From an uncultured Candidatus Poseidoniales archaeon (GTDB lineage Archaea > Thermoplasmatota > Poseidoniia > Poseidoniales > Thalassarchaeaceae), in assembly GCA_964645485.1 (NCBI GenBank), contig CAZXZO010000009.1:29612-59353 (forward strand): a stretch of DNA of 29,742 nucleotides, in the 5' to 3' direction. Under the pieces are notes generated by a model that was given only the letters and a program-made list of their open reading frames with translations, was not told where the DNA came from and made no database searches. Positions 10,264 to 20,400 of the stretch are shown here, piece by piece. The stretch's first letter is position 1; each line of letters opens with the position of its first letter. A program made the translations under genes and the position numbers.

Positions 10264-13200
10264 TTAAGGAGTGGTAAATTGGCTAGTCGACTCATCCCAC
10301 CAAATGCCATTGGCGTTTTCTGCAGTAAGTCGCCAATAGTAATCTGTTGCCGGGAATAATCCATTCAATGGATGGCTATTTCCGCCAACACTCAAATTGC
10401 TTCCAATTGAGTCACAGAAGTCCCAATTTCCTCGAACGACTCCACCATCGGCTTGACCCCAACACAACTTCCAAGTTGTATTAGTTCCGTTATCATAAAC
10501 CATCCAGTCTATGTCAGCCTTTGTGGTAGTGATATTGCTTGTCACCTCATATCGCGTTTCAGGGTCATATTCATTCACCCATCCTCGTAGTGGGTCGGTT
10601 GACCAAACAGGTAAGTGATCAACTGCATTTTGTGTAGGCTCAGTAATTGGGAATCCCCATGCGGCAAGGAATGAAGTCATGTTGTAACCCGTTTTGATTG
10701 AAATCCATTTTGCATATTCATTGAATTCAGCGGAGTCTCCAGACGGTTGAGTTGTCAGATTGTAATAGTACTCCTCATAAGCGGCAGTAATTGGCTCCCA
10801 GCCAAATTCTTCATAGATTTGGAGATAAGTTTCTAACGCCGTCCAAACACTCCATTGGGAGATTTGTGAACCACCTGAAAAATAGGTTTCAACTCGATTT
10901 ATCATGCTCTGGGTGTTTAACGCACCATGTCCTGCCCTCAGGTCTTTTCCAACCAAATCAGTCATCAGTTTCACTGAATAGAGATTACACGTTGTTTCAG
11001 TAGTTCCGGGGAGAGTAGACGACATCCATTGGTGATTATGTCCCAATTCGTGGAACATCCCCCAATCTCCATTTGCTCGCATCGCGCTTCCGTTTACCAC
11101 TCCCGCAACACTTGCTGTGTGGGCCATAAAGGGATATCCTGAATGCATCCATCCGGCTGAAATTTGTACATCAAATACAGCTCTTTCAACACGAGGCCAT
11201 GGCGTGAATCCACTGAGGTTGTGTTCCATTTGCAGGGCTTCATCCCAGAAATCCATGGTTTCGTTAGGGCGGTCAAGATTTCTGATGTAAGATGATGGCA
11301 CCGTGAGAATGAACCAATCTGATTCTAGTTCAGCAATTGGAGCGGGTGAATGCCGAGTAACCATTTTCCAATCATGGACGCTTGTTACTCCATGGATATA
11401 TCGCGGCATATCAACAGCATTTTCGATTATGATATTGAAGTCTCCAAAGGTAGAACCCGGCGGAATCGTCACATAAATCGGTCCACCAAACGAATTACCA
11501 ACTTGCATTGAAGAGTTTTTAATTGACCAGCCACGAGTGATTTTTGGGTGCCTATCAAGGCTTGTTTTTCCCCACAATGAATCTGCATGAGCACCTATCA
11601 GAATTGAAGCGCCTTGATTCACCATTGATTGAGGGATTGTGATGTTGATTACTTCTCCAGCAGGGGCATACATGCCTGTTGTCATCCACCCTGCTGACCT
11701 AGCATTTGCATATCCGAATTGACTTGGTAATCCGGCAAAAGTCCCGTTAATTTGTACCGTCCGAAGTGGCCTTGGAGCGGTTGAATTTACTGAGCCTGGA
11801 AACGAGATATGTGAAGGGTGAGGTTCTAGTTCATGGGCAGGTAATTTGAGCATTAATTGTTCTTGAATATTGAGAATTAAATCATCAACTTCATCAGCAT
11901 TCATGGTATATTTGTTATTTGAGTCAATATGAATCCATCCGGTGTCATTACTCATTTTTCGTAAAGAATCCCATACTCCAGTGTAATCAAGAGGTAGATT
12001 GGAGACACAAAGTGAAACTGTTTTAGCACCTATGGTAGCATCATTCTGGGTCATCATTTGAGTGCCATCTACGTGGTCAACGATTAGAGGAAGTGCACCA
12101 TGTAACCGGTATAAGTCGCCCCATTCATTGGTATTCACCCCAAAGGTGGCAGAACCCGATGAGGTCGATATAAACAGACCAGTAGATTTTGCTATTTTAT
12201 TGCCTGGATAATTGTGTGCAGCATCACTATTTGAGTACGACCAATACCATGCGTGTCCACCCATGATTAATCCACCACCATCTTCTAACCAGTTTGTTAT
12301 GGCGAGATTTTCGCTGTCAGAATATGAGTTCCAGAATTCAGTCACAAAACAATCCAAGTTCACTAAGTCTGCAGGTGTGGCACTAGTTACTACGGCGTAG
12401 CCTTCTCCCAGCAATGTATTCTGCCAGCCGTTGAATGATGATTCTAATCCAACGGTTTTACCGTTGCCATCGCAAACCCAATCCAAAGCATTGAGGCTGA
12501 GATTGGCGCGACTATCGCCTCCTGTCCTTGCAACCATCGTTTCATGCCCGTAACCGACAATTCTTCCTTTACCGGCGTGGGAAGCAGCAGAAATGGGCCG
12601 GTTATCCCAGTCAATTCCTAGACTAAACGACCATTCTCCAATTGGTAGAATTAGTGAGGGCCAAGCGCCACCATAATCGACACTTCCAACTGGTCGCTTG
12701 ACAAGGTCAAGGTGGTCTTGTTCCAAATCGTGAATGGCGAAGGTGAGGTTAGTCTCAAACGAACCTCCTGAATTGTTCGCCCAAATAGTGTGGGTTGTCC
12801 ATGCATGGCGAGATAGGTTAACTCCGTCTCTTCCAATAGGTGAACCAAAGATAGTGCCGTTTGTGGGGGATAAGAATAACCCGCCTGGGAGTTCTGGTTC
12901 GATTGCCCAAGTGTCGATGGTCGGTCCGGTATTGATTGGGGAAATTGAAACGGATTTATTTGCTGCTAGAATCTGTTCTAATCCTCCTTGCCATGAGATG
13001 TTATCTGGTGTCATGTTGGCGATTCTGATGTTTAACCAAGATTCGAATGAGCCACCTGAATTGTTGGCCCAGATTGTATAGTTAATCCATTGCGTGATTT
13101 CGTCAGCACTGCCGCTTAGTGTGCCGTTTTGGGGGTTAAGTTGAAGTCCGGTTGGAAGAGGTGGTTCAATACTCCAAGAAACAGCAGTGCCTCCGCTTGT

Positions 13201-14322
13201 TGTTGGTGTGACATTCAGCGTTGATACACCAAATACTAGGTCAAAATCTTGACTACCGTAATCAATTGATTCAACTGATTTGTCATTGACTGTTATTTGC
13301 AAAACTTTTGCCGCGTAGCCCCCTGAATTATTGGCATAAATTATGTGTGGCAAGCGCTGATGAAGAACATCGGGAGTCCCATAAATTCGTCCCGTGACAG
13401 GTGAAATGTTTAGGCCAGAAGGAAGAGGTGGGTCAACCTCCCAACTCAAGACATCTCCTCCATTGTGACTAGGGTTCATGTCGTTCATTTGCTCACCAAG
13501 TGTCAGAATCAAATCTTCGTCGAGATAGGTGATGGAATTAGGTGCTTGGTCATGAACAGTGATTGTAATCTCAGTTGAATCACTTCCTCCATCGTTACTA
13601 GCCGTGATACTGTAAGTTGTGGCTGGCATGAGGGTAGTGGGTGCACCAACAATCGCGCCATCATCACGTAATTCAAGTCCCGGAGGCATTGGCGGCTTTG
13701 ATTCCCAAGAGGTCGGCTCACCCCGCTCATAATTAGCGAAAATAGTGAATGGGTCGCCTTTTGTTAGGATGTGGGTTGATGGTTGGTAGGCTAAAGAAGA
13801 AGGTGCCATATCTGTAACAATAATCTCGAGTGAGAGATTGGTTGAACCACCCTTGTTGGTTACTTCCACATTACATGATGTGATGCCAATTTCGTTGGCG
13901 ATGATGATCCAGGCGGGTTCGTTTTCCCTCAGGCCTGGCCGTAATTGAGCGGCGGAATCTGAGCAGTCAATTTTGAAGTCAAATTTAGAATCACCGTCAA
14001 AACTCCAGTTAAGGCCAGTGATTGAGCCGAGTGAAACTTGTATTGAATCTGTTTCAAAAGACGCATTGCTTGGCGGCGTGATATTGTCACAAGCGATTAC
14101 AACAGACAAGTCTTCTCCAAAGATTGCCCGCTGATTGTCAGCACAAATAATCGGCTGGGTTTTGTTTCCTTCATCAATTGGTTCTGTTGGTGTATTATTT
14201 CCGTCATCAGGTGGCGGCGAATCAGGTGCTCGGTTAATCAAATAGAATCCAGCACCTCCCAAACTAACTAGCAAAAGTAGTGCAGAAATAGCAATTGCTA
14301 GCCCTGCATTTTTGTCTGCCAT
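10264..14322 (-). CDS. Membrane-anchored M60-like (TCAF/FAM115-type) zinc metallopeptidase with 4 He_PIG Ig repeats and a C-terminal FN3-like domain
   Basis: WGMFHELGHNHQ (HEXXH) followed by GTTETTCN (third-ligand Glu), plus DVQISAGWMHSGYP. Four W...P.LP.GL.L....G.I.G.P....Y.I.A.N.GG repeats and an N-terminal TM (GLAIAISALLLLVSLGGAGFYLI). Confidence 0.9.
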   Translation of the reverse strand: MADKNAGLAIAISALLLLVSLGGAGFYLINRAPDSPPPDDGNNTPTEPIDEGNKTQPIICADNQRAIFGEDLSVVIACDNITPPSNASFETDSIQVSLGSITGLNWSFDGDSKFDFKIDCSDSAAQLRPGLRENEPAWIIIANEIGITSCNVEVTNKGGSTNLSLEIIVTDMAPSSLAYQPSTHILTKGDPFTIFANYERGEPTSWESKPPMPPGLELRDDGAIVGAPTTLMPATTYSITASNDGGSDSTEITITVHDQAPNSITYLDEDLILTLGEQMNDMNPSHNGGDVLSWEVDPPLPSGLNISPVTGRIYGTPDVLHQRLPHIIYANNSGGYAAKVLQITVNDKSVESIDYGSQDFDLVFGVSTLNVTPTTSGGTAVSWSIEPPLPTGLQLNPQNGTLSGSADEITQWINYTIWANNSGGSFESWLNIRIANMTPDNISWQGGLEQILAANKSVSISPINTGPTIDTWAIEPELPGGLFLSPTNGTIFGSPIGRDGVNLSRHAWTTHTIWANNSGGSFETNLTFAIHDLEQDHLDLVKRPVGSVDYGGAWPSLILPIGEWSFSLGIDWDNRPISAASHAGKGRIVGYGHETMVARTGGDSRANLSLNALDWVCDGNGKTVGLESSFNGWQNTLLGEGYAVVTSATPADLVNLDCFVTEFWNSYSDSENLAITNWLEDGGGLIMGGHAWYWSYSNSDAAHNYPGNKIAKSTGLFISTSSGSATFGVNTNEWGDLYRLHGALPLIVDHVDGTQMMTQNDATIGAKTVSLCVSNLPLDYTGVWDSLRKMSNDTGWIHIDSNNKYTMNADEVDDLILNIQEQLMLKLPAHELEPHPSHISFPGSVNSTAPRPLRTVQINGTFAGLPSQFGYANARSAGWMTTGMYAPAGEVINITIPQSMVNQGASILIGAHADSLWGKTSLDRHPKITRGWSIKNSSMQVGNSFGGPIYVTIPPGSTFGDFNIIIENAVDMPRYIHGVTSVHDWKMVTRHSPAPIAELESDWFILTVPSSYIRNLDRPNETMDFWDEALQMEHNLSGFTPWPRVERAVFDVQISAGWMHSGYPFMAHTASVAGVVNGSAMRANGDWGMFHELGHNHQWMSSTLPGTTETTCNLYSVKLMTDLVGKDLRAGHGALNTQSMINRVETYFSGGSQISQWSVWTALETYLQIYEEFGWEPITAAYEEYYYNLTTQPSGDSAEFNEYAKWISIKTGYNMTSFLAAWGFPITEPTQNAVDHLPVWSTDPLRGWVNEYDPETRYEVTSNITTTKADIDWMVYDNGTNTTWKLCWGQADGGVVRGNWDFCDSIGSNLSVGGNSHPLNGLFPATDYYWRLTAENANGIWWDESTSQFTTP

Positions 14323-14381
14323 TGTAAATGGCAGTAGTGATTAGGTCAATATGATGTCGCCCTATCGGACATTGACGAAAG

Positions 14382-15212
14382 ATGCGTGTGGCAGTGACGG
14401 GAGCGGCCGGATTAATCGGCGGAGTGGTATTTGACAGACTAGTTGGGGAAGGCCACGACGTCATTGGGATAGACCGCCCACATAGTGATTGGATGGACGC
14501 AGGTAGGAATACCGATGATGCAAGCGCTCCAAGTCGCGTAACTCATCACTTTGATTTAGCAGAAGCAACTGATTCAGAATGGCAGATGATGCTTGCAGAT
14601 TGCGAAGTAGCAGTCCATTTAGCGGCAGATGCAAATCCTTCCAACAGCGATGAGAGTATGTTGAGAAACAACATCTTGGTGACGACTAATTTCATGCGCA
14701 ATGCCAAGGAATCTGGTGTGCGCAGAGTGGTGTTATCTTCATCAGGCCTTACTCAAGTGGGTCTTGAGGCTGAACTTTTGCTGGGGGGCTCTCTTGAAGG
14801 GCAACTTATCGGGGTAAAGCACAGGACTTCTACCACTAGCACCTATGGTGAGACAAAGGTATTCGTCGAACGACTCGGCCAGTATTACTCCAGCGGGCTT
14901 GGGATGGAATGCATAGTCGTAAGAATTGGTACGGTAATTCCGTCTGAGTCTGAGCATTGGGAAAGAGGCGGCAGGCTACAAGCAACCGCGTTTTTACAAG
15001 CAGATGTTGCTAACTTCTTTAGCGCCGCGGTAGAAGCAGATTTCTCGTCGTGGGATTCACAATCTTGTGAAGGCCACCCTAACATTCCTGGCTATCTTTT
15101 GACTGCGGCTCAATCCGATTCGCCTGCTCGATTTGTTGACCTAGAACCTGGAATTTCGGCGCTTGGTTGGAGTCCAATAGAATGGCCAAGTGGGCCGGAG
15201 CACCTTCAATGA
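14382..15212 (+). CDS. NAD-dependent epimerase/dehydratase (extended SDR; uronate-dehydrogenase-like)
   Basis: VAVTGAAGLIG Rossmann motif, HLAA, VVLSSS, catalytic YGETK (YxxxK) and RIG. Confidence 0.85.
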   Translation: MRVAVTGAAGLIGGVVFDRLVGEGHDVIGIDRPHSDWMDAGRNTDDASAPSRVTHHFDLAEATDSEWQMMLADCEVAVHLAADANPSNSDESMLRNNILVTTNFMRNAKESGVRRVVLSSSGLTQVGLEAELLLGGSLEGQLIGVKHRTSTTSTYGETKVFVERLGQYYSSGLGMECIVVRIGTVIPSESEHWERGGRLQATAFLQADVANFFSAAVEADFSSWDSQSCEGHPNIPGYLLTAAQSDSPARFVDLEPGISALGWSPIEWPSGPEHLQ

Positions 15213-15236
15213 ATTCGTGGCTTATTTGGTGAGATA

Positions 15237-17348
15237 ATGAAAGGCCCATTGACACTTGGAATTGATGTTGGAACTAGTGCTACAAAAGTGCTACTGCTAG
15301 ACAATTCAAGGGAATGGGAAATGGCTTCATGGCCTACTTCTGAGGGCCTGTGGGAGAATCTTCTGAATTGGCTTGATGAGCGTGGGGAATCCGTAGTCAG
15401 AGTCGGTATCACAGGGCATGGTCCATCTGCAATTGTAATCCGAAATGGAGAAGCCGTTGGTTCCAAAATTTCCTGGTTTGATGATTTTGTAGAGGGATGT
15501 GAACGTGAGGTCGATAATGACCACATTTTGACAGGAAATAGAGCATGGGTTCCATCTCGTTTAGCCCAGTGGGAAAAACAGAACGGACCGCTAAGTGATG
15601 GTGTTCCTGTGCAACTCAAAGACCTGCTCAACTGGCAATTAACCGGGGTGGTTGGCCGTGATACTCGCTCGATGCGTGGGTATTCTGGAGAGGGGAATTT
15701 CTTCCTTCCCAATGAGATAATCGGACTTGTCAACAAGGCTGGCTCAAAGATTTCTGGAATCTGTGTTGGTGCTGAGGTGATTTGTGGATGTGATGATTTG
15801 ACTGCTGGCGTAATCGGTTTGAAATCCAAGCCGGGAGATTTGTTTAATCTCGCAAATACCAGTGAACATATTGGCTTAGTAGGCGGTCAGCCGATGGAAG
15901 GATTCAGTTGGTTGCCCGAAGTGGGTAAATTGCCAGCACTTTGCTATTTGTCAACATCAACCGGTGGAAGCACACTGGCAAAAAAATTCAATGTTCAACC
16001 GAGTGCAGAAGCGGTAAAAAGGTTCATTTCCCAATTGGAAAATGAAAAAACCCAAGGAAATGACCAATTAAATCAGGATTCCAAAGACGACTCAAACCTT
16101 GGCCCGGGTTGGGCGGCGATTAAGGAACTGAATCAGCCTATAGATGAGGTTCGAAATATGTTCCCTAACCATGAGATGTTGATTGGTGGCGGCTTGGCAT
16201 TAATCCCTCAAGTCGTTGAATCAAGGAAGGCAACACTTCGTGCAGGACAAGAGGTCAGTGTTTTGGGTGTGGCTAAACTAGCCCAACCTCCTTTGGCGGT
16301 AATTTTTGGTGCAGGTAAAGTAGGCCGAGGTTTTCTCGGTCAACTACTGCTAAGAGCAGGTTGGCGAATTCACTTTGTTGACTCTAATTTAGAGTTGGTA
16401 AAGGCACTTGAGGAGGGCACTTACACAATCAGCAATTTAGCCACTGGCGAAGTTGAGGTGATTTCAGATTATACAGTTTCAACCGATGAGTGGCGGCTGG
16501 AAGAGGCTTCTCTAATTCTTACATCATTAGGTGCTAATGGGTTAGCAAATTGGGCCCAATCAGTATCGGATTTAGATAAAGATATTGACATTATTTTGGC
16601 AGAAAACCATCCCGCTCCGGCTAAACTTGTGAGAGAACACATCAGTAGTTCAAGAGTTGGGGTTGCTCAAGCACAGGTACTGCGTTCTTGTATTGAACCA
16701 ACAGAAGAACAGATTGCGAGTCATGGGCCTCTAACAGTACAAGTCCAAGATCATTGGACATTACCACTGGATGCGGATGCACTTATTCATCCTGAATTAG
16801 TCTCAAGTGTTGGGGGATTTGAAGCAAAACCTAACTTTTCAGTAGAATTAACAAGAAAATTGTATACCTATAATGCGATAAATGCAGCAGTGTGTTATCT
16901 AGGGGCACAGAGAGGATATGTTTGGCTGAGCGATGCCGCAAATGATTCTGAAATTTCTGAGATAGCAAATCAAGTTGGGGTGGAGGCGTCAGCCGCACTA
17001 ATTGGGGAGTTTGGCTTTGATGAGGGTGAACAGCGTGATTGGTCAAGTCGTGCTTTAGCAAAATATCAGGATGTCACCATTCGTGACCCGATTGAGAGAA
17101 ATGCTCGTGACCCGATTCGAAAATTGGGTTTGCATGACCGAATCTTGGGACCTATCCATTTGTGTATCAAACATGGTTTGCCTCATGATGCCTTAATTCA
17201 GACAATGGAGAGTGCTCTTTCATACAGAGAACCAAGCGATTCTGCTGCGATGCAATTGGTGAAGTATGTCGAAGATTTTGGTGCTTGGGGTGCGCTCCAA
17301 ACCATCGCTTCTGGAGTCGATGAATCTCTTGCCAATTACATTGGTTAG
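15237..17348 (+). CDS. Fusion of an FGGY-family carbohydrate kinase (N, ~345 aa) and a mannitol-1-phosphate 5-dehydrogenase (MtlD)-like domain (C, ~350 aa)
   Basis: Kinase: LGIDVGTSATK, GITGHG, KDLLNWQLTG, ICGCDDLTAG, IGGGLA and EVSVLG. Dehydrogenase: IFGAGKVGRGFLGQLL, AEN, RKLYTYNA...YLG and RDPIRKLG.HDRI.GP. One uninterrupted frame with SD GGTGA. Confidence 0.85.
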   Translation: MKGPLTLGIDVGTSATKVLLLDNSREWEMASWPTSEGLWENLLNWLDERGESVVRVGITGHGPSAIVIRNGEAVGSKISWFDDFVEGCEREVDNDHILTGNRAWVPSRLAQWEKQNGPLSDGVPVQLKDLLNWQLTGVVGRDTRSMRGYSGEGNFFLPNEIIGLVNKAGSKISGICVGAEVICGCDDLTAGVIGLKSKPGDLFNLANTSEHIGLVGGQPMEGFSWLPEVGKLPALCYLSTSTGGSTLAKKFNVQPSAEAVKRFISQLENEKTQGNDQLNQDSKDDSNLGPGWAAIKELNQPIDEVRNMFPNHEMLIGGGLALIPQVVESRKATLRAGQEVSVLGVAKLAQPPLAVIFGAGKVGRGFLGQLLLRAGWRIHFVDSNLELVKALEEGTYTISNLATGEVEVISDYTVSTDEWRLEEASLILTSLGANGLANWAQSVSDLDKDIDIILAENHPAPAKLVREHISSSRVGVAQAQVLRSCIEPTEEQIASHGPLTVQVQDHWTLPLDADALIHPELVSSVGGFEAKPNFSVELTRKLYTYNAINAAVCYLGAQRGYVWLSDAANDSEISEIANQVGVEASAALIGEFGFDEGEQRDWSSRALAKYQDVTIRDPIERNARDPIRKLGLHDRILGPIHLCIKHGLPHDALIQTMESALSYREPSDSAAMQLVKYVEDFGAWGALQTIASGVDESLANYIG

Positions 17349-17404
17349 TGATTTTTACAGGTTTGCTCAATAGAATTGATAGGCAGACCGGTTAAACGAG
17401 CAAC

Positions 17405-20400
17405 ATGGCGAGGAAGAGACGGGTGAAGAAAAACGGGCCGGCCGGCCCTCAAAGTGGACCACCATCAGGCCCACCAAGTGGCCCACCATCCGGCCCTCCA
17501 TCTAGTGGTCCACCCGGCTCTGCAAGAAAGGGTCCGCCATCATCTTCTCGAGGCCCCCCGGGCTCGTCGCCTAGGCCTCCAGGGTCTGGCTCAAGTGGTC
17601 CTCCAAGTTCGATGCCACCAATGAGTGGTGGGCCACCTTCAATGCCTCCTCCTGGCCCACCTGCAAGCACAGTTCCAATTGAGCCTGAGGATGAAGAATT
17701 CAATTCCGAAGAAGAAAGTGATGAGGATTCAACTCAGCATGCAGAAGAATCCGAAGCATCCGATGAATCAGCAGATGAGGAAGAAATTGATTCAGATGAT
17801 GAGGAAAGTGACGCCGAAAGTGCAGAATCTATTGAAATGGATGATGCATTAGCAATGGTGAGTTCAACACCCTCACCTGAATCATCTCCAATGCCACCAA
17901 TGGGGCCACCTAGTGGGCCTCCTTCTGGGCCGCCATCAGGACCTCCAGCCGGGCCACCCTCGGGACCGCCTTCCGGACCACCAAGTGATCCACCCGCAGG
18001 CCCAAGCGGCCCTCCTCAAGCAGTTGACATGGCCGCTGCATTCGGGGCAATCGGTATGACTCCGCTTGGTGCAGATGGAGACTCAGCAGCCGAGGATTCT
18101 GATGATGAATCAGAGGCAGAGGCAGAAGCAGAGGCAGAGGCAGAAGCAGAGGCCGCACCGGAAGTAGAAGCGGACGTAGAAGCAGAATCACAAGATGAAC
18201 CTGAGGCGATAGAAGCGGATTTAGCCGGCCCAACAATTGAGCATATTCAAGCGGACCCACGCGACGAAATCGAGGTTGAAGTAGTAGAAATTGGCGAATT
18301 ATCACCTCTGCGAAAACCACTACGAAACCCCGAGCCACCCGCCCCTGAGCCAGACCTTGGGACCCCTGTATTGGAGGCGGCAAGCGACATGGGAGAATCA
18401 AAGTTAGTTGGTCACATCGTACCCCACACACATTGGGACCGAGCCTGGTATTTACCTTTCCAGCAGTTCCGCTACAAACTAGTTGAGATGGTCGATGACC
18501 TGCTTGATTTAATGGAAACAAATCCAGAATCTTTCCCCACTTTTGAGTTAGATGGCCAAACCGTCGTCATTGAGGATTACTTGGAAGTTCGCCCAGAAAA
18601 TCGTGAAAGATTGATTTCACTGGTGGAATCGGGCCGACTCTCAATCGGCCCTTGGTATGTACTTCCTGATGAATACATAGTTGGTGGCGAGGCATTAGTT
18701 CGCAACTTGATAGCCGGGAAGCGTGTCGCATCCGCACATGGTGGATGCTCAACTGTCGGTTATGTTCCCGACCCATTTGGACACGTTGGACAATTGCCCG
18801 CAGTCCTGCAAGGATGCGGGCTTGACACTTTCATCTTCACCCGTGGAGCAGGTCCTTGGGTAGCAGAAGAGGCCAAGGGAATTTTCTATTGGCAAGCGGC
18901 TGATGGAGAAACCGAAGTGTTAGCAATCAAACAGGTTCCAGATTATCCTAATCTGATGGCTTGGGGATTTGAAGACCGGCCATTAGACAAGAAAAGTTCA
19001 CCAAATGTCAATGTTGATACTGCAATGGCGAAGATGGAAAGACTCCTTGAAATGCACAAGAAAACATACTTGTGGCGACCAACTGATTTGTTGTTTGGTC
19101 AAGGCAGTGACCACACTCTGCCACAAACAACTTTGCCGAAATTGATAACCGCAGCAAACGACCATTTCGGCAACAAAATCCAATTCAAACATTCATCATT
19201 CTCACAATTCACAAATGATTTGAAATCATGGATTGGGCGCAAGAAAATTTACCGTTATCAAGGTGAACTCCACGATGGTTGGGACCGCAATATTCTGTCG
19301 GGAGTATTCAGTGCGAGGCTATACTTGAAGCGTCTCAATGACCAAACTATGCGGGCTTTGACAGACCGTGTTGAACCACTCAGTGCCGCGGCACGTGCGT
19401 ATGGTGGAAGGGATAGACAGGCAAGGCTCAACTTGGCTTGGCGAGAGGTGTTACGGGCTCATCCTCACGATGATGTGTGTGGATGTTCTGTTGATTCAGT
19501 ACACGACGATAATGAGGTGTTTTTGAAACATGCACAACAAATTTCAATGATGCTAGTTGATGATGCTGCAGAAGATCTGAGAGGTGCCTTTAATCTGCAT
19601 CACGTTGACCGTGATGCGGTTCCAGTATTATTGCATAACCCGCTTCCAGTTGCTTGGTCTGGGACTCTGCCGATTGACATGGCATTGCCGGCTTATCGGT
19701 GCTATTTGGAGGCTGGAAAGACACTGAAAATTGAATTATCGAAGCCGGTTGATGGATGCATTTTGCAGACCATGGCTACTTTGTCTGAGCCGCAATTTGG
19801 ATTGCATGAACACCCTGACCGCACTATCAATGTTGAATTGCCAAGAGTTCAGGGTGCAGTCTTAGTTCACAATCTTCCACCGGGAATTCATGTGGCTCAT
19901 GTTTTGCCGGGTACGGGCAGTCAGAACTTGCCGGCAAAACCAGTCAAGACAGGCGGGCGCCAAGGGCGCACCGACTGGATGGAAAACGGCCTTGTCAGAG
20001 TGCAATTTGGTAGAGATGGCCGTTTTGATGTAATTGATGCCGCGACCAAGCGAACTTACACCGGCTTAGGCAGATTAGAAGATTCTGAAGATGCCGGAGA
20101 TTCATACGATTGGTCGGCCGGTGGGAAACCGGTAGAGGTTGGCACCGGCCGCGGCTCAAAAATGGAAAAGCGAGTGCTGCCAGTTGACCGAAGAATATAC
20201 GATATGGATGAAGCCGATAAACGAGCGACATCTGTTACATTAATGATGGAAAATGCGTGGCTCACTACAGTGTTGGTGCAATCGCATTGGTCACTTCCAT
20301 TAGCATTTGATAATGATACTCAAAAACGGACCACTGAAGAGGAGTGGGTGACGGTTGAACACTATGTGACATTGCGCTCGGGCTCGAAGGTTGTGGAGAT

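Noticed and set aside
15206-15829. 207-aa minus-strand ORF
   Set aside because: Antisense shadow of the FGGY kinase domain.
17449-18521. Minus-strand ORFs 17449-17703 and 17910-18521 with Gly-rich or LLPL repeats
   Set aside because: Mirror images of the GPPS and EA repeats of GH38.
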